A DNA stretch of 64,000 bases, from positions 7,316,001 to 7,380,000 of the forward strand of contig OX597820.1 of assembly GCA_951406725.2 (NCBI GenBank), written 5' to 3'. Source of the stretch: Octopus vulgaris. Its lineage: Eukaryota. The position numbers and the translations under genes were made by a program. Each line of letters opens with the position of its first letter. Within the stretch, counting starts at the first letter, position 1. This document shows positions 56,523 to 64,000 of this stretch, in pieces. The notes under the pieces were generated by a model, which saw only the letters and a list, made by a program, of their open reading frames with translations, did not search any database and had not been told where the DNA came from.

Positions 56523-57224
56523 TCATTGGTATGAGATAAAGGTATGCTTTTTCCAGTGTGGGCATCTGAAAGAACTCTCCACAATCGAGTTTATTAGACG
56601 GCCTCGGGCAAACAGAATATGAAAGAGTTCGGAATTACAAAGGGCACAGATTTTTTGGCCCTTATCAAACGGTAAAGACACCGATAATATTGACCATTCC
56701 AGCCTAAAAGTTGAGTTCGCGTTCTTCAAACGCCAGACTAATTTGCTTAGCCCAGTAGAGTGTTGTTTCTTTTTATCCCTAAACGTGGTAAAATGGTTCA
56801 ATATTCTTGTGGCTAATTTAGATGATGTAGCGCCGATATAGAGGAAGACATCGGATCCAGCATATACTCTGCACTGGTAAATGGCGTTTCTAATTTTGGA
56901 GTTATTTGATAAGAACCTTATTCTATTGGGATTGGTTTCCGATACTAATACAGCGTTCTTATTACTATGATGGTTGTAAAAATTACCGCTGGATTCGATA
57001 CTATTCACCCCATTATCATTACTATTTAAGGCAATATCACCTGCATATTCCCTGTTCCTGGGAATGCTGTGATTGATAATGTCCGTAAAACTACTGTTGT
57101 TAAAACCGCGGCTAATATTATTGTTGAGACTCCCACCGTTATTGACGAGGTCAGTGCTCTTATCCTTATAAATACAAAATGGGACAAGAACGCAAAACAT
57201 CCAAATAGACGATACAAAAAACAC
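56523..57224 (-). CDS. GIY-YIG endonuclease of a Penelope-like element (open frame, true start uncertain)
   Basis: AIYQCRV..LYIGAT..RILNH..TF..STGLSK.VW.LK..WSIL..KICALCNSE..I..LIN..E...CPH; Asn-rich linker upstream; no RT. Confidence 0.85.
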   Translation of the reverse strand: MFFVSSIWMFCVLVPFCIYKDKSTDLVNNGGSLNNNISRGFNNSSFTDIINHSIPRNREYAGDIALNSNDNGVNSIESSGNFYNHHSNKNAVLVSETNPNRIRFLSNNSKIRNAIYQCRVYAGSDVFLYIGATSSKLATRILNHFTTFRDKKKQHSTGLSKLVWRLKNANSTFRLEWSILSVSLPFDKGQKICALCNSELFHILFARGRLINSIVESSFRCPHWKKHTFISYQ

Positions 57225-57319
57225 GGACGGGTCATTCGAAGCCTTTAATCTTCAGTCAAGAACCGGATCGTCTATTTTGTATCGTCTATGTGGATGATTT
57301 GCGTTCTTGTCCCATTTTG

Positions 57320-57353
<34 letters not shown>

Positions 57354-57888
57354 CGGCGTACGTGCACTTTGTTCTCTTATATGAAAGTACACATTTCAAT
57401 ATAAATATATATATACGTATGTAAACATGTAAGCATGTACGTATATTTATATGCATGTGCATGTATGCATGAGCGTGTGTATGGCGTGATGGAGGAATGC
57501 GAGCGTGTATGGGTGGGTATACGTATTACGCAGGCATGTATGGTTCTTTGTATGTGTGTGTGTGCGTGTGTGTGCATGTGTGTGTGAGAGAGAGACTTTT
57601 CTTTACACCTATTTTTGTTGAACGAACGCATTTCACTGACATTTTCCACGTTGAATGGGGAAATGTGTTCCTCTCTCTCTCTCTCTCTCTCTCATGCTTT
57701 TTGTGTAAGTGGGCGCATGCGTGCAACAGTGTGAGTCGGCGCCAGTTAAAGACGTTTAGCTGCAAGTTTGCTATATATTGTACGAGTGTCTGTGTATGTG
57801 TGTGTTTTATGGGTTAGCAATATACTGACTATAATATTATTGTGTGCACACAGGTTCATTAAGTCTGTCTGTTAATCTCATATATATA

Positions 57889-57951
<63 letters not shown>

Positions 57952-57952
57952 T

Positions 57953-58329
57953 ATTCTTTTATTCTTTTACTGGTGTCAGTCATTTGACTGCGGTCATGCT
58001 GGAGTACTGCCTTTAGTCGAACGAATCCCCTCAAGGACTTATTGTTTGTAAACCTAGTACTAATTCTATCTGTCGTTTTTGCCAAACCGCTAGGTGACAG
58101 GGATGTAACCGTTCCAAAATCGGTTGTTAAGCGTTGGGGGTGACAAATACAGAGACACAAATACATACATATATATAGGACGGGCTTCTTTCAGTTTCCG
58201 TCTGCCAAATCCACTCACAAGGTTTTGGTCAGCCCGAGTCACTTGCCCAAGGGACCATGCAGTGGTTGGGAAGCAAGCTTCTTACCACAAAGCCACACCT
58301 ACGCCTGTCCACACAGCCACTCCTGCGGC

Positions 58330-58330
<1 letters not shown>
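57953..58330 (-). mobile_element. Full-length tRNA-derived SINE with CR1-type tail
   Basis: Reverse complement: gcaggagtggctgtg..ccttgggcaagtg..gatttggcagacggaaactgaaagaagcccgtc..ggcagtactccagcatgaccgcagtcaaatgactga..taaaagaataaaagaata. Confidence 0.85.
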
Positions 58331-58361
<31 letters not shown>

Positions 58362-58445
58362 TATTATTTTCATATGTGTGTGGTGAAAGAGAAGCTGTTA
58401 GACAGAAAGACGGACAGACTGACAGACAGGCAGATAGACAGACAT

Positions 58446-58531
<86 letters not shown>

Positions 58532-58924
58532 CTGAGGCAAGATAGAGTTCCTAACACACTCCGAAACATGTAGGCACACACACACACACACACGCACACA
58601 CGCACACACACACACATATTTCCTCTCGCGCATAAATCTCTGTACCCTATTTTAAATCCATCCAGCCAGATGATTTGATTGGCACGCTGGTATGTTCGTG
58701 GGTGGATATATCTGTGACTAGTCTAACCTGTTCGCCCTCGGATTCCGTTTACTCGTCTCTATAAATCTTCACATGGAATGTACTGAGACTTGGCTTGCTG
58801 CTAGCTTCATCCTGCACAAACTTCACGGAACGCTGCGTCTGCGGATGTTGCGACAGACACAGCAACCGTAGCGAAACTAACAAACTACATTCTATTGTGT
58901 ATTACATTAGCAACATAAGCTATA

Positions 58925-59110
58925 CAGTGTCACATCACTTAGTGCAACTGTGTACATTATATAAAACATGCTGATACACCATCTAGCGTAACTGCGTATA
59001 TTACACAACGCATGCAGTCACACCATCTAGTGTAACTTCCTATATTACATGAAACGCGCTGTCAGACCACATAATGTAACTGCATATATTATATAAACAT
59101 ATTCCCTTAT
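58925..59110. repeat. Degenerate ~44-bp minisatellite
   Basis: Recurring cacca(t)ctag.gtaact...atatta.a unit, about 4 copies. Confidence 0.6.
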
Positions 59111-59407
59111 CATACATTACATAGAAGCACGCCGACACAACACGAAACTTAATTGTATATTTTATAACAAAGTTAGCGTTAGGTTAATGAAATGTCGTTA
59201 TAGATATTATTAACAAACACATCGTTGTACCACGAAACATAATTTTATATATTATGTATAGTCATATGTGTAATTTTATAAATCACGTCAAATATGTCGT
59301 TAAACTATCAAACATGATCTTATAAAACACATTATGTTCAACTAAATGATATATGACATCATCGTATATATATCTCCGTGTTTCTGAGAGAGAGCATGTG
59401 TGTGTGC

Positions 59408-59518
<111 letters not shown>

Positions 59519-59566
59519 GTATATAAAGTATATGTATGTGCGTGTGTTTGTACGATGTATATATGT

Positions 59567-59629
<63 letters not shown>

Positions 59630-59631
59630 TA

Positions 59632-59683
<52 letters not shown>

Positions 59684-60238
59684 AAATGTATGTGCGTCTG
59701 TATCTTAGGGGATTCGGTCCCTATACGAAGGTATGATACATAAAAATAACGTTGAATTCACTTAATTTAATATGCTGAAAGGGGCAGATGCCCGTCGCAT
59801 CTGTAGGTCCTTAAGAAGCAGAGAGACCGATGCCGTTCACGTGCAGACAGGAATGTTACGAGTCGACGATTGCAAGGAAGCAGTAGAAGGTGGATATTCG
59901 TGGGAGGAAAGGACAGAACGTGCGCCGAGGGTGAACGGGTTTCGACATGTCATGGCAAGCGGAGCATCTCGTCCCAAACGTTGTATGGAACTTTATGTGT
60001 GTGCGTGTGTGTATGCGCGCGTGCTCCTGTGAGTATATCTTTTGTTGGGAGGTCGTGCAAATCAATTTTTGCGACTGTCCCATTAATTAGAAACATGTAT
60101 GTATACATTAATGAAAGTTATAGAGACAGTTTCAGGGATATATAAACGTATATATATATATGTGTGTGTGTTTAAGGACCTTCTGGTTGTAATACAAAAG
60201 ATGTGTAAACATGTAGCAGTTACAGGGTTATAAATATA

Positions 60239-60276
<38 letters not shown>

Positions 60277-60647
60277 TGAAATTTGCATTGACAGTATCAG
60301 AGTTATATATATTACATCAAACATGCTGCTCACACGAAAGGGACAGTTTCGTGGAGAAAAGCACAAATAGACTCAGAAAAAGGGACAGACACAAGTAGAG
60401 GGAGAGAGAGAGAGAGAGAAGGAAAGAGAGAGGGTGGAATGAGGGAGAAAGAAGCAAAGGAACAAGAAAAAAGAAACAGCTAAGAGATGGAGCAATGAAG
60501 TGGAAGAAAGAGGTATTGTGTATGTGTGAGTGAGACAGTGACGGAGGAGAGAAAGGAGCAGAAAGTTTAGATAGATACAGAGATAGAAGCATGCATACAC
60601 ACACACATAAACACGGTCATACATACATACATACATACATACATACA

Positions 60648-60680
<33 letters not shown>

Positions 60681-60819
60681 GTGTATATATATATGCACAT
60701 CCAAACACACACTCATATATGAACAGGAAATGGGGTACCCCGACCTGTGGGATACAAAGAAAAATAGGAGGTGTGTGTGTGCGTCTACTTATATATATAT
60801 ATGTATATACATATACATA

Positions 60820-60869
<50 letters not shown>

Positions 60870-61238
60870 CATATATATATACGTATATTTATGTATGTAT
60901 ATATGTATGGGAGGGCGGTACCTGAAGGCAGAGCGACACAACCACAACTGTCAGTAGTAGGAGGTTATACACTTACATTTTCTATCTCTGTATCCTGGCA
61001 AATCGGTCCAAAGTTAATAATCCTCTCTTCTCCTCCGTGCGTAACTCGGTTTATCCAACAGAAACTTGTGCTATATTTGTATATCTCTATAGTTATAGGA
61101 TATCACTGGAGTGATATACACTCGTATAACAGCTACAGCTGCATCTCTACAGATGCACGTCTGTATAGTTCGGCACATTTATGGAGTTGTAAATTTTTAT
61201 GCTTGGATAACTCCATACCTATCTATCTATCTCTCTAT

Positions 61239-61329
<91 letters not shown>

Positions 61330-61361
61330 CCTATCTTTCTCTCTCTCTCTCTCTCCCTCCC

Positions 61362-61410
<49 letters not shown>

Positions 61411-61413
61411 ATG

Positions 61414-61453
<40 letters not shown>

Positions 61454-61544
61454 CATTAGGGTAATAAGAATTATATAAATTATTATTACCAGTGGCCTAG
61501 CACAAAAAAAGAATTACTCAATATACTATATAGTATTCACAGAA

Positions 61545-61666
61545 ATATCGTGTACAATAAAACACATGAAGAGGCTTCCAAATAGGAAAGTCTTGTGCTT
61601 TCTACTGCTCTTTCTAGCACAAGGCTTTCCTATTTGGAAGCCCCTTGATGTGTTTTGATGTGTACG

Positions 61667-61670
<4 letters not shown>
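61545..61670. repeat. Foldback inverted repeat (~55-bp arms) next to a TA tract
   Basis: aaaacacatgaagaggcttccaaataggaaagtcttgtgct / agcacaaggctttcctatttggaagccccttgatgtgtttt. Confidence 0.85.
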
Positions 61671-61706
<36 letters not shown>

Positions 61707-62400
61707 GTGAGTGGGGTGTGGGCTCGTGTATGATAAACGCCGACTCAATTCCACTATGAAAGCGAATCTTTATTTCTCTTTCTTCATGAACTCTAGCAGT
61801 GTGTGTCTCTATGAGTGTGTGTGTGTGTCTGTGTGTCTGTGTTTGTGAGCACACGTCTGACTGTATTTGTATATGTATTTGTGACTAAATGTTTATGCAA
61901 TGAGGTGTGTGTGTGTATGCAAATTTAATTGCCTTTCGGACTATATGTATATCTGTATCATTTGCTATATGTGGTGCGTATGTGGCATATTGTGTATATA
62001 CGTATATTTGTATATATATGCTATTTGTATATATATGTGGGTGTAAGGGCGTACATGTCTGTCTGTGACGTTGTGTCTCTATGTATTTGGCTATGTCTAC
62101 CTGGATGTATATGTGAATATGTAAGTAAACACGAGTTCATGTGTGTGAGAGTGTGAAAGTGTATATTCGTATGTACGAATAAATGCATTTACACATTTAC
62201 AAGTATTTGTGTATATATGTATATGTGTGTGTGTTGTGTGTGCATGTATATATATATATATATATATATATACATACATTATATATATATATATATATAT
62301 ATACGTGCACGAATATTTCATTTTGTTTGCCACACAAAATATATATACTGATATATATATATATACACGTACATATGTGTATATATATATATAAGTCGTC

Positions 62401-62490
<90 letters not shown>

Positions 62491-62562
62491 CATGTATTTA
62501 TGTGTATATATCTATATGTATATATGTATATACATATGTATATGTATATATATCTATATGTA

Positions 62563-62631
<69 letters not shown>

Positions 62632-62718
62632 ACTTATGTAAAATATGTAATATACACACATTATATCTGTAAATACATAGACCTTGTTTATTATCTGCGG
62701 CTGCTGCTTTTGTCTTTT

Positions 62719-62755
<37 letters not shown>

Positions 62756-62984
62756 GCATATACAATACAAGTGAGTTTATGAGTTTAAATATGATTGTAC
62801 CCAATTACATATACACATACGTTTATATAGACGCACACAGACACGTGAATAAATATGTGTGCATGTCCGAGTACGCATGTGCAGAGGTGTATATGTGCAA
62901 AGACATATATATGTGTGTGAATATCATTGTACTTATGTAGGTGGATCCGTCCCTATTTTAAAGACAGGAAGAAATACATCGGGT

Positions 62985-63931
<947 letters not shown>

Positions 63932-64000
63932 GCAAACATATTTAGTTGGAAAAGTTTCAGATTAAAATGTTACAATATGTTCGTGTTTGCTTAAAAATAT

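Larger units (their letters stand above)
55695..57323 (-). mobile_element. Penelope-like element 3' portion: GIY-YIG ORF, 3' UTR and hammerhead-bearing terminal repeat
   Basis: Bounded by TA tracts. GIY-YIG ORF 56523-57224, HHR 55887-55972, inverted repeat at the 5' side (57172-57218 / 57275-57323). Confidence 0.85.

Noticed and set aside
58925-59270. CRISPR-like repeat array
   Set aside because: Degenerate tandem minisatellite without unique spacers; eukaryotic context and no cas genes.

Overview
Eukaryotic, AT-rich, microsatellite-saturated DNA with no recognisable host protein-coding exon. It is probably intronic or intergenic sequence from an octopus (an inference from the tRNA-derived SINE sequences and the (TA)n/(TACA)n/(TATC)n landscape). 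Almost all ORFs in the supplied track are translated microsatellites. The interpretable content is transposon-derived: CR1-group, RTE and L1/Tx1-like LINE fragments, tRNA-derived SINEs, two mariner relics and one Tc1 relic, a MITE with an 8-bp target duplication, Helitron pieces, and many Penelope-like element (PLE) remnants, including an open GIY-YIG endonuclease ORF. The main hidden signal is about ten well-formed, plus several decayed, minimal type I hammerhead ribozyme (HHR) motifs from at least five sequence families. They have palindromic stem III and sit in short PLE-type repeats at TA tracts, often as inverted pairs. Several families carry non-canonical cores (CCGANGA, CTGTNGA). A roughly 140-nt hairpin with a hammerhead-like core precedes a triple C2H2 ORF. 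All folds were assigned by eye; no activity is demonstrated.
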